Positions 38,990 through 50,450 of a DNA stretch of 64,000 bases are shown here, in pieces. The DNA is from Ginglymostoma cirratum. Lineage: Eukaryota. Within the stretch, counting starts at the first letter, position 1. Each line of letters begins with the position of its first letter. Both the position numbers and the translations under genes were made by a program. Under the pieces are notes generated by a model. That model was not told the DNA's origin and made no database searches. It saw only the letters and a program-made list of their open reading frames with translations. The stretch lies in contig JAHRHZ010000009.1 in NCBI GenBank assembly GCA_024137785.1, positions 43,387,040-43,451,039 of the forward strand. Direction: 5' to 3'.

Positions 38990-39680
38990 TTTAAGGAATG
39001 CTCAGTTGAAATCATGGGCATATCAGTGTCACTTCTTGTGAGTGTTGGCACAAAAAATAATCTATTTTGAGCAATAATGTCCATCATTGGCATTTTTCAA
39101 AACTTCCTCTCCATTCTGCAACAGATACTCTTCAAGTTTATAAAGGATCTGACTCCAGTTTTGGGAACAATTACGGTTCACTACAAAAACATCAGCAGAG
39201 ACAGCTTAATGTTCTTCTATCTAAAGTGTAAAACGTAATGTGGGTAAATCTTTTCAATAAGTTTGGATTCAAACTTGACAATTCTACTGGAACACAGTGA
39301 CACAGACCACATATGTTGTTATCTTTCCTTATGGACTAGATTTGGAAAGATTAAGGAGTCTTGTAATGCTCCTTGCATTGAAATTTTGATTCCAGCAGTC
39401 TGACAAAATTTGAGACATTTACCCTTTTTAATCTGGACTTAAATGTCGCAGGAACTGAAATGTCTAGAAGCTGACAGCATCAGTGAGCAAATCAACTCAT
39501 CACCGTGGTTACCAAATGTAGTCATTGCATGATATGCAGATGGCAAACCAACACTATGTATTGAACTTAAGGTAGTCAACAAAGCTATCCTGCTGGACAA
39601 CTATCTACTCCCTACAATTCAAGAGCTGTCAGCATCTTTTCATGAGACCAGAGTTTTTGAAAAGCTCAATATATGAAAGC
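38990..39680 (+). mobile_element. Ty3/Gypsy pol relic (protease and RT N-terminus)
   Basis: From 39452: ELKCLEADSISEQINSSPWLPNVVIA*YADGKPTLCIELKVVNKAILLDNYLLPTIQELSASFHETRVFEKLNI; protease-like VSLLVSVGTK near 39030. Confidence 0.8.
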
Positions 39681-39854
39681 TTGGAAAGACTATAATTCCA
39701 GAGATTTCCAAAAGGTCACCATTTTCTAAGTCAAAAATGTTTTTCCTTATTTCAGTCCTAGATGGCATCACCTTATTTTTAAATTGTGTCACCAGCTGTA
39801 GACTCTTCAACCAAGGGAAACATCTCATCTCCATCTACCCTGTTAGCCTGTATT

Positions 39855-40505
39855 ACAAGTGAATAGATATATTTGGCCTTTAATTCAAAAGGAAGTAGAG
39901 TATAAAAATAAGTAGGTCTTGCTGAAACTTTGCAAGGCACTAATCAGACCACAAATGATATTTTGAACAGTCTTGCTCCCTTTATCTAAATGAAAGATAT
40001 ACCGGCTTTTGAGACAGTCTAGAGAAGGTTCACTAGGCTGATCGCAGCTAGAAAGGGGCTTTATTATGAAGAGCGATCAGACGGGTTGTACTTAATGGAG
40101 TCCAGAAGGATGAGCGGTGACTGAATGAAACATTTAAGTTTCTTTATGGGCTTGACAGATCAGATGCAGAAAGGTTGCTTCCTTTTATGGGAGAGTCTGC
40201 CGCCAAAAGACATAATCTCAAGATAAGTGATTGTATATTTAAGACAGCAAAGTGGAGGAATTTCTTCTCTGAGTGGGTAGTAAATCTATGGAATTCTTTA
40301 CCACAAAGGGCTGTAGAGGTTGGGCCATTAAATATATTCAAGTCTGAGATAAACAGATTTTTAAATCAGTAAAGGACTAAGGGTTATGGAGAAAAGGCAG
40401 AAAAGTGGAATTGTAGATTATCAAATCAGCCATGATGTCATTGAATGGCAAAGCAGACTCAATGGCCAAATAACCTATTTCTGCTCCTATTTTCCATGGT
40501 CCTGT
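39855..40505 (+). mobile_element. CR1 LINE 3' fragment
   Basis: ORF 40175: RHNLKI..FKTAKWRNFFSEWVVNLWNSLPQRAVE; CR1 3' UTR follows. Confidence 0.85.
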
Positions 40506-40915
40506 TGATCCCATGAATTATTTTGTATGTTTTCAATGAAATCACCTTTCATTCTTCAAAAATCTTGAGAATACAGCCAAGTTCGCCCAATCTTTCTTCA
40601 TAGCTGTGGTCAAGCAATTATGGGTCCAAAATTGGACATGGTAAATTGTCCCACACTTGGAGAAATCAGGCCTGACAGAAAATTGATATTTTCTACTCAA
40701 TTAACTCTGATACCTCATTCTTCCTTGGTGGGCAGTGATTTTAAATATTGCCTGATTGCCTCGTCTTCATGGCAACATAAATGCATTATTTTAACAAAAG
40801 CCACAGTTTCATTACTCAAATGTTATTAAAAGAAGCTTCCATGTTATGAGGTACTCTCATCCACTGCTACAACATTTGTACACCAATCCAAATTGAGGTA
40901 AAAATCAGCACCTCA

Positions 40916-42458
40916 TGTTTATGTGGTGCCCCAAGAATTGACGCGCTTACCAGTGAAGATGTAATCACAGGCTTTTTACAAATATCTCAATATTGACATC
41001 TAGTTTTGGATTTATTCACAATTAAGAAATAAAACACTCCTCGTGCGAGGAGTGCGAGAATGACTCCATTCTCTTTCCAACCACCTCTCAAGATATTACA
41101 GCAGATGATTCTGGAAGGATTATTTTATTTGTACTGTGGGTAGTTAATAGTTTTTCTGCTGTTTTTGCAAAAAGAAAGCTTGTTGAATGGTTAGAGAGAA
41201 AGTAAAAAAGATAGAGAGCGAACGAGACTGTGAGTTTTCTCCCCATTATTCACAATATATGGCCTTTCTAATTCAATTTGTGTCCTGGAAAAGTACTTTT
41301 AAACATAAAGTGCTGGCTCCTATTCATGGACTGTGCAGTTACTAAACACTGTTACAGCATATTTCATTGTTTAAAGTGACTGAATGCCATGATTGGTGGA
41401 GTTCTTTTTTCAACTGGGTCCATTGTCCAGAACGATTGTGTTGAATTGCAAGCAGTTTAGGTGTTAGTAATTGATGCTAATTTAAGCTAATTGTTCATTG
41501 CAGGTTGCATTCACATGACCTGATTCCATTCTAAGAACTTTGTGAATTGACAGGGTAAGATATGTAAAGATCTAGCCATTGTGGAACCTGCTGTTTAGTT
41601 AACTTGAGATTCATTTGAGACTTATTCTGAGTTTTGAGCCCAGTAGATAAACAAAAGCTTCTCAGGGGTCAGGAAATTTGTATAAAATGGTGTTTATAAC
41701 ATATGCTGAATAGGGGATATAAATACTTCAAATAAAGTTCAATTACAATTCGTTCTTTTAGAAAGAAGAAAAAGACCAACATTGAAACTCAAACATTCAG
41801 TCACACACATCAATCGCAGCAGATGCATTTAGTACAGCTTGGAAACAATCTCTCTCTGTTCACAGTTCTGGGATAATTCTGTACCGATTGAAAACCTAGA
41901 TAACGCATTGATGTTTGGCTCAGAGAAATGCTCTTGATCTGAAACCAGTGCCTTCCATTCTTTATCTACTTTAAATTCCTGTAATGTGTTGTTGAAAGTT
42001 GACAAACTTCAACTGGCATTTACATGTGGAAAGTTAGAAATTTTAACACCATAAAAAAGGTGGTTTTGGTGAAGGTTGAGCTGAACAGATCAGAGGTTCT
42101 CAACTTTAAAATTTGAAGTGCCAGCTGCCATTTTGTCAAAAAAACTGGGTCGCACTGTCCTGAAAACAAATCCTCACTTTTTCCAAGGATTGCAATTTTG
42201 TGTTTACATGACTCTAGTATTATATTAATCATTTTTAGAAATAAAAACGATATTAAAAGTTACAATGTCTTTGCAGAGAATAAGTTTTATTTCTTAATTG
42301 TGAATAAATCCAAAACTAGATGTCAATATTGAGAGAGTTGCTGCTTGACCTGCTGTGTTCATCCAGCCCCATGCTTGTCAATATTGAGATATTTGTAAAA
42401 AGCCTGTGATTGCATCTTCACTGGCAAGCGCGTCAATTCTTGGGGCACCACATAAACA
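40916..42458. mobile_element. Non-autonomous DNA-transposon-like element with 120-bp TIRs
   Basis: Left TIR 40916-41035 is the reverse complement of right TIR 42284-42458 (2 substitutions plus a 55-bp insertion); flanks gcacctca / gcacccca. Confidence 0.85.
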
Positions 42459-43902
42459 GCACCCCACTCTCCGCCCCCTACCCCGAAACAAAATTCCCAC
42501 TGGTTAAGAAACACTGGAAGACATGAATCTTTGAGTCAGTCAATTCTCATATGCTGCTTAACAAGCATAATTTCCACTCTAAGCTGTGTTATATGGTAAT
42601 TTCTGTTACTGCGTTATTACACTGCCAGGTAAATCCTTAACCCCTTAACTAGCAGTTCCACACCATAATGGGCTGTATTTTCCCAATTTTTTGCAAAGTG
42701 TCTTTTTCCAACAGTGATTCAAATTCTAGTGCACATCTTGTCCTGTCCCTCTCACTAAAAAAATAGTTGCATCAGACTTGAAATATTAATTCTGTTTTTC
42801 TCTGCTCAGATACTGCCTGATCTGCTGAGTTTCTTCAAACATTCTGTTTCTACACCAGGTCTGAGCTTGCTTCTTTTCCCCGGCCTCAATTTCCTGATCC
42901 CTGATAAGCTCCTGACTGTCAATGCCCAAACTCCTAGAACTGACCATGGTCCAACACCCAGCCTAGCTAGACAGGACAGCCCCTGACTGAGTATAGCCCA
43001 GCTCCTGGACTGATGTCTTCACACACTCCAACTGATCTACCTGTCATTTCCAGACTAATCTGCAGTACTGGCCATGACTTAATGCCATTATTGCAAGGAC
43101 ACCAATCCTGGACTTTGAAAGGACCAAGGTCCTGATTGACCAGCCCCCTGGAATGAGACCAGGGTATTAATAGCTAAGGGTGCTTAACAGGTTCTTTAAG
43201 GCTTGATCAAAATGAATACAAGAAGACATGTGCGCTTTCATATAAAGCAAATTTATTACATTGATCTAACTTAGACATATATAAACTAATAATGAGTGAA
43301 CCTGTTAGCTTAAATTACTTTAAGACATGTTCAACCAGCAAGTGTCACTGCCTTCTGCCTGTTGGGGTCCCATGGGTATCAGCTGATACTTGAAGCTTTA
43401 TCTCAATTTCCGTGGTACCAGTCCCACCAACCCCACTCCGTTGGTGAAAGGTCCCCGAAGGTGGGAAATGTCTTCACTTTTAATACTATTCTGAGTCTGA
43501 TATTGCTATGCTGAGGCCTTTTCCAAACATTTCTCTGTGCTTGGTAGTCACAAAAAAAATCCAGATGTTATTGCAAAACAGCCTGTTCCCATATCAAGTC
43601 AAGGTCATTGTAGTTATGCTCTGGCCAAAACATGCTATTTTCCCCCTTCCATTCCTCAGATGACATATCTATCCTGGGCCTCCTGCAATGCCACAGTGAT
43701 GCCACCCAAAGCCTGCAGGAACAGCAAATCATATTCAGCCTGGGAACCCTGCAGCCCAGTGGCATCAATGTGGATTTCACAAGCTTCGAAATCTCCCCTC
43801 CCCCAACCGCATCCCAAAACCAGCCCAGCTCATCTCCACCTCCCTAACCTGTTTTTCCTCTCACCTCAAGCCACACCCCCATCTCCTATCTACTATCTAC
43901 TA

Positions 43903-44302
43903 NNNNNNNNNNNNNNNNNNNNNNNNNNNNNNNNNNNNNNNNNNNNNNNNNNNNNNNNNNNNNNNNNNNNNNNNNNNNNNNNNNNNNNNNNNNNNNNNNN
44001 NNNNNNNNNNNNNNNNNNNNNNNNNNNNNNNNNNNNNNNNNNNNNNNNNNNNNNNNNNNNNNNNNNNNNNNNNNNNNNNNNNNNNNNNNNNNNNNNNNNN
44101 NNNNNNNNNNNNNNNNNNNNNNNNNNNNNNNNNNNNNNNNNNNNNNNNNNNNNNNNNNNNNNNNNNNNNNNNNNNNNNNNNNNNNNNNNNNNNNNNNNNN
44201 NNNNNNNNNNNNNNNNNNNNNNNNNNNNNNNNNNNNNNNNNNNNNNNNNNNNNNNNNNNNNNNNNNNNNNNNNNNNNNNNNNNNNNNNNNNNNNNNNNNN
44301 NN
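43903..44302. other. Assembly gap (400 N)
   Basis: Run of N; the 22-mer atctcctatctactatctacta appears on both sides. Confidence 1.
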
Positions 44303-44367
44303 ATCTCCTATCTACTATCTACTAACATCATCCCGCCCCCTTGACCTGTCCATCCTCCTTGGACTGA

Positions 44368-44449
44368 CCCACTACCCCACTACCCCACTACCCCACTACC
44401 CCACTACCCCACTACCCCACTACCCCACTACCCCACTACCCCACTACCC
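44368..44449. repeat. (CCCACTAC)n minisatellite, about 10 copies
   Basis: Direct 8-bp tandem array in the Penelope UTR. Confidence 0.95.
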
Positions 44450-44550
44450 ACACTCACCTTTACTGACTCCATCCCCGCCTCTTCAACTTGTCTGCCTCCT
44501 CTCCCCCTCTCTCCCTATTTATTTCAGAACCCTCTTCCCCTCCCCCATTT

Positions 44551-44578
44551 CTGATGAAGGGTTTAGGCCCGAAACGTC
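44551..44578 (+). ncRNA. Minimal type-I hammerhead ribozyme core in a Penelope pseudo-LTR
   Basis: CTGATGA-aGGGtttaggCCC-GAAAC-GTC: intact CUGAUGA and GAAA boxes, stem II, palindromic ACGT, GUC cleavage triplet. Confidence 0.7.
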
Positions 44579-44940
44579 AAGTTTTCCTGCTCCTATGATG
44601 CTGCTTGACCTGCTGTGTTCATCCAGCCCCATGCTTGTTATTTTTACATTGGGGTTGTTTTTCATGTGTTTGCCTTCAATTGCTTATCGAGATGTTCAAT
44701 TAATGCTTAACAATTAACCCTTAATGATCTGGTTTGGAGATATCATTTTTGAACCTACTGTTACAACTGGAAAAACTGCTGGTACATTCTGTAGATATGA
44801 TGTTGATATAACTAAGTGCCATATAATGATATGTTCACCTCTTGACTGGTCATTGGTCTTCCTCAGTGACAAGCTGTCTGCTTCTCCTTCATTGCTAAAG
44901 AGCAATGCAAACCACAGTACCCTCAAGTGATTACGTAGTG

Positions 44941-45245
44941 AGAGATAAAAGGTACTGCAGATGCTGGAGAATCCGAGATAACAAGCGTGGGGCTGGATGA
45001 ACACAGCAGGTCAAGCAGCATCATAGGAGCAGGAAAACTTGATGTTTCGGGCCTAAACCCTTCATCAGAAATGGGGGAGGGGAAGAGGGTTCTGAAATAA
45101 ATAGGGAGAGAGGGGGAGGTGGATAGAGGATGGATAGAGGAGAGGATTGGTGGAGAGGAGGCAGACAAGTCGAAGAGGCGGGGATGGAGCCAGTAAAGGT
45201 GAGTATAGGTAGGGGGGTAGGGAGGAGATAGGTCAGTCCAGGGAG
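44941..45245 (-). mobile_element. Penelope family-A pseudo-LTR/UTR fragment
   Basis: Near-exact inverted copy of 44440-44640 and near-identical to 61590-61720. Confidence 0.9.
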
Positions 45246-45249
45246 TCAG

Positions 45250-47123
45250 TTCGAGTGAAACATATAAAAAAAAAGAGTAGTGGGAAACTAGTAGACTGGG
45301 AAATCTTTAAAGGCCGACAGAGTGGCGAAGGTAAACATTGGTCCTTTAGAGGATGAGAAGGCCAATTTAATAACTGGGAATGAGGAAATAGCCGAGGCAT
45401 TAAACAGTTATTTTGTGTCTGTCTTCACCGTGGAAGACACAAATAACATGCCGAGAACTGAGGGCAAGAAGGTTATAGCAGGTGTGCACTTAGAAACTAT
45501 CATTATCACTAAGGAGGCAGTGCTGGGCAAGCTAATGGGGCTAAAGGTAGACAAGTCTCCTGGCCCTGATGAAATGCATCCCAGGGTACTAAAAGAGGTG
45601 ATGGAGGAAATAGAAAATGTACCAGTAATCATTTACCAAAATTCACTGGACTCTGGGGTGGTTCCCGCAGATTGGAAAACAGCCAATGTGACGCCACTGT
45701 TTAAAAAAGGAAGTAGACAAAAAGCAGGTAACTATAGACCAGTTAGCTTAACTTCGGTAGTGGGGAAAATGCTTGAATCTATCATTAATGAAGAAATAGC
45801 AAGACATGTGGATATAAATTGTCCTATTGGGAACACCCAGCATGGGTTCATGAAGGGTAGTTCATGTTTAACTAATTTGGTGGAATTCTTTGAGGACATT
45901 ACTTGCATGGTGGACAATGGGGAACCTGCGGATGTGATGTATCTGGATTTCCAGAAGGCATTTGACAAGGTGCCACACCAAAGGCTGCTACATAAGATAA
46001 AATTGCACAGTATTACAGGCAATGTATTGGCATAGACAGAGGATTGGTTGACTAGTAAAAAACAAAGAGTAGGGGTAAATGGGTGTTTTTCTGGTTGGCG
46101 GTCAGTGGCAAGTGGTGTGCCTCAGGGATCAGTGTTGGGACCTCAATTGTTTACAATTTACATAGATGATTTGGAGTTGGGGACTAAGTGTGGTGTGTCA
46201 AAATTTGCAGATGACACTAAGGTGAGTGGTAGAGCATTGTGCAGAAGACACTGAAAGTCTGCAGAGGGATATAGATAGTCTAAGTGAGTGGGCAAAGGTC
46301 TGGCAGATGGAGTACAATGTTGATAAGTGTGAGGTCATCCATTTTGGTAGGAATAACAGCAAAATGTTTTAGATGGTAAAAAATTGCAGCACACTGCTGT
46401 GCAAAGGGATTTGGGTGTCCTTGAGCATGAATCGCTAAAAGTAGGATTGCAGGTGCAGCAGGTAATTAAAAAGACAAATAGAATTTTGTCTGTCATCGCT
46501 AGAGGGATGGAGTTTAAAAACAGGGAGGCTATGCTGCAGCTGTATAGGATCCTGGTGAGGCCACACCTGGAGTACTGTGTGCAGTTTTGGTCTTCTTACT
46601 TGAGGAGGGATATACTAGCACTGGAGGGGGTGCAGAAGAGATTCACCCGGTTGATTCCACAGTTAAGAGGGTTGGATTATGAGGAGAGACAGAGTAGGTT
46701 GGGATTATAGTCATTGGAATTCAGAAAAATGAGGGGAGATTTTATAGAAACATATAAGATTACGAAGGGAATAGATAAGGTGAAGGCAGGGAGGTTGTTT
46801 CCACTAGCAGGTGAAACTAGGACTAGGGGGCATAGCCTCAAAATAAAGGGAAGCAGATGTAGGACTGAAGTCAGGAGGAACTTCTGCACCCAAAGGGTTG
46901 TGAATCTGTGGAATTCCCTGCCCAGTGAAGCGTTTGAAGCTACCTCACTGAATGTTTTTAAGGCAAGGCTAGATAAATTTTTGAACAGTAAAGGAATTAA
47001 GGGTTATGGTGTGCGAGCTGAGTCTCAAAAAGATCAGCCATGATCTTATTGAATGGCGGGGCAGGCTCGAGGGGCCAGATGGCCTACTCCTGCTCCTAGT
47101 TCTTATGTTCTTATGTTCTTATG
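45250..47123 (+). mobile_element. Young CR1 (HER1-like) LINE, 5'-truncated ORF2
   Basis: ORFs 45322, 46048, 46384 and 46714: [52 protein letters not shown]; (TTCTTATG)3 tail. Confidence 0.97.
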
Positions 47124-47719
47124 AAAGAAGATAAAGGCTGTATGATGCATCTTGTGTAGGTGCAAGACATTACATGTGCATCTGTGTGCATAAAGCAACC
47201 TGTCAGCCGTATGCAGGCTGATGGAGTCCCTGAGCTCCAAAGTCCTGAAGGGCTAAAGTGTGTGTGACATGGTCCATCTGCAGGCCTGATGATGTGATGA
47301 GTCTGATGGTTTTCTGGTGAAGAGAGGTAGAAGAAGGCAGAGCCCTCAGAGCGTGAAATAATTTTGCAATGAAGGTAGGTATGGGTAAAGGTCTGGAGAA
47401 TCATGTGGTAAGCTGCTGCTGGCAGGTAGCCATGCTGACTGTAACATCAAGAATTAATACCCAATAGCTTCTCAGGAAAGGAGGGAGGAATTAGGTGCTG
47501 CATCACACTTGGCAAGTTATGCCAAAAATGAAATGCAAATGCATAGAAATAGAATAGTCCCCAGTCATCGGCAAGATTCTGACCCTGCCATTTTAAGGTG
47601 AAGATGGAAATATTTTTTCCCAACATTCAGATTCTGACTTCATTCTTGCTGTATTTTCCAAACCATCTCAGAATTGTCCATGCCACTCAAGGGAGCTGAA
47701 ATTTCTGCCCATGGGTTTA

Positions 47720-50450
47720 GTAATTCAATTTATAGCTCTGTTAGTTCTCGTCTCTTGCGACAGTGAGGGATAAACTGTCTGTTAACTCCTACGTATATGA
47801 TTTATGATCTTGTCCTGCATTTCATTCTAAGAAAGTTCAGAATCTAAATTGGGTTTAATCAAATTTGGTTGCTGAACCAGATGGTTTGATTCTTCAGTGG
47901 CTAAATCTACACTCTCATCACTTTTATTGTACTGTAGTTTTCACAATGTTGTTTGTCTTAGGATGTATTATGACTTTCCCCAGTTCCCTTACCTCAGGGA
48001 TGAATTTTCCCTTAATCAGTCCTGTGCCATCTGTGGTAACACTGGTGTTCATAATTCTGCAGCTTTTGCTGCGTTCCTCCATCACACTTCAACGAGTTGA
48101 GGCATCTCTATTATATTTTATCTTGCTAGTTTCAGAACTTCTCTTCTCCCTCACTAAATCTCTCAGCACCTCTAGTGTATTGACTTGCACTTCTGTTGCT
48201 TTGATCTTAACTCCCTTAACCTTCCACTGGCTGCATCACAATGGTTCAAAACTCCCATGGCTATTTGTCAGTCTATTTATAGGTCCTATCATCTCCTGTT
48301 GGCTTTCTGGGACTTCTTCAGCTCTCCACATCAGTGCAGAATCTTTCTCATTACCCTCAGCTTCTGCAGGCGCTGTGCAGACATCTGGACCTTCCAGAGG
48401 CAATATCAGCTCATTGTCCAATAACAGATTGAACACCTTCTTTGATCAGTTTGGAATGATCCAACCACTATTGCAATGGTGGACAACCTACCCTGTAGGC
48501 AAGTTTAAGTTAGGAAATGTTCCAACTTTTTCGAGGAAATCCCTTTTTACAATATCATCTTATTTTTCCAGTTCAAGATGGCCCCTCAACACCCTTTGCT
48601 GAATTAGTGCCAGATGATAAATGGCATCCCTGTTTTCTTTGGTACCTGGGATACATAGAACATAGAACAGTACAGCACAGTACAGGCCCTTCAGCCCATG
48701 ATGTTGTGCTGACCTATTATCTCCATGTGCCTATCCAAGAGTCACTTAAATGTCTCTAATGTATCTGACTCCACTACGACCGCTGGCAGCACATTCCACA
48801 CACCCACCAACCTCTGTGTAAAGAACCTACCTCTGACATCTCCACTATACCTTCCTCTAATCACCTTAAAATTAGACGCCCATGTAATAGTCATTTCCGC
48901 CCTGGGAAAACGTCTCTGGCTATCCACTCGATCTATGCCTCTCATCATCATGTACACCTCTATCAAGTCACCTCTCATCCTTCTTCGTTCCAATGAGAAA
49001 AGCCCTAGCTCCCTCAATCTTTCCTCATAAGACCTGCCCTCCAGTCCAGGCAACAATCTGGTAAATCTCCTCTGCATCCTCTCTAAAGCTTCCACATCCT
49101 TCCTGTAATGAGATGACCAGGACTAAACAGAATATTCCAAGTGTGGTCCAACCAGGGTTTTGTAAAGTTGCAGCATAACCTCATGGCTCTTAATTCAATT
49201 CCCCTGCCAATGAAAGCCAACACACCATACACCTTCTTTACAACCCTATCAACTTGGGTAGTAACTTTGAGGGATCGATGGACATGGACCCCAAGATCCC
49301 TCTGTTCCTCCACACTGCCATTCATCCTGCCATTAACCCTGTACTCTGCATTCAAATTCAAACTTCCAAAATGAATCACTTCACACTTTTCTGGGTTGAA
49401 TTCTATCTGCCACTTCTTTGCCCAGCTCTGCTCCCGTCGATGTCCCATTGTAAACTACAACAGCTCTCCACACTATCCACAACTCCACTAACCTTCATGT
49501 CACCGACAAGCTTACTAACCCACCCTTCTACTTCCTCATCCAAGTCATTTATAACAATCACAAGGAACAGAGGTCCCAGAACAGATCCCTGTGGAACACC
49601 ACAGGTGACCAAGCTCCAGGCTGAATACTTTCCATCTACTACCACCCTCTATCTTCTATTGGACAGCCAATTCTTTATCCAGCCAGCCAAATTCCCCTCA
49701 ATCCCATGCCTCCTTACTTTCTGAATGAGCTTAACATGGGGTACCTTATCAAATGCCTTGTTAAAATCCATATCCACCACATCCACTGCTCTAACTTCAT
49801 GTGTTTTGTTACATCCTCAAGAATTCATTAAGACTTATGAGGCACGAATTGCTCCTCACAAAGCCATGCTGACTATTTCTAATCAAACTGTGCTTTTCAA
49901 ATAATCATAAAGAGAATCTCTCAGAATCCTCTCCAATAATTTGCCCATCACACAGTAATTACAAATTAATTCATTTTCTTGTCTTTTTGAATATAGTTCT
50001 TGTTATGTTAGAGCAAAAGCTTATGACTCTTCAGATCAAAAACTTTGGATACTATTTTGATTGCGAGTCCTTCACCAAACCTTACATGTCTAGATGTCCT
50101 GCACTGAAAGCACACTAGTCATGCTCCTGTTGGATTACATTCCAGGTTCTTTTTTTTTAAAGTTGTGGACTGATCTGCTTTTCCTTTATTGCTGTCCTTA
50201 TTCCTCAAGCCCATTTCTGCTCTATTGACATTCATGGCCCCTCATCATAGCTTCTGAGAATCATTAGAACCAAGTTTATTTTGAGTGAGAGGTTTGCATA
50301 TTACTTCATTGTCATCTACCATGATAGCTGTTATCTTGGTGTTTGAAATGTTTTTATGGAAAAGTTTTTTGAAATCTTGGAGTCAAATCATATTGCGTTT
50401 ATCCATAATAAATAAGTTGTATCTATTTGATGAATTTTTTTTTCATATAA
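47720..50450 (-). mobile_element. Degenerate Gypsy (Gmr1-like) gag-protease relic, split by a CR1
   Basis: Minus strand: AIMVDDNEVI (gag, about 50320), LVCFQCRTSRHVR (zinc knuckle, about 50090-50120), IVVG..IPN..KEGV/NLLLDNEL (protease tail, about 48415-48470). Confidence 0.55.
48653..49952 (-). mobile_element. CR1 LINE, 5'-truncated
   Basis: [50 protein letters not shown]; (CATAGAA)2 tail. Confidence 0.95.

Larger units (their letters stand above)
43637..44642 (+). mobile_element. Penelope family-A 3' part spanning the assembly gap
   Basis: DISILGLLQCHSDATQSLQEQQIIFSLGTLQPSGINVDF (GIY-YIG C-terminus), C-rich UTR and terminal repeat. Confidence 0.9.

Noticed and set aside
43537-44325. 262-aa ORF in the supplied track
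   Set aside because: It reads through 400 N; the rest is an off-frame Penelope fragment.
45322-47043. RT-like ORFs as a host gene
   Set aside because: CR1 ORF2 fragments with stops and frameshifts and a CR1 tandem-repeat tail.
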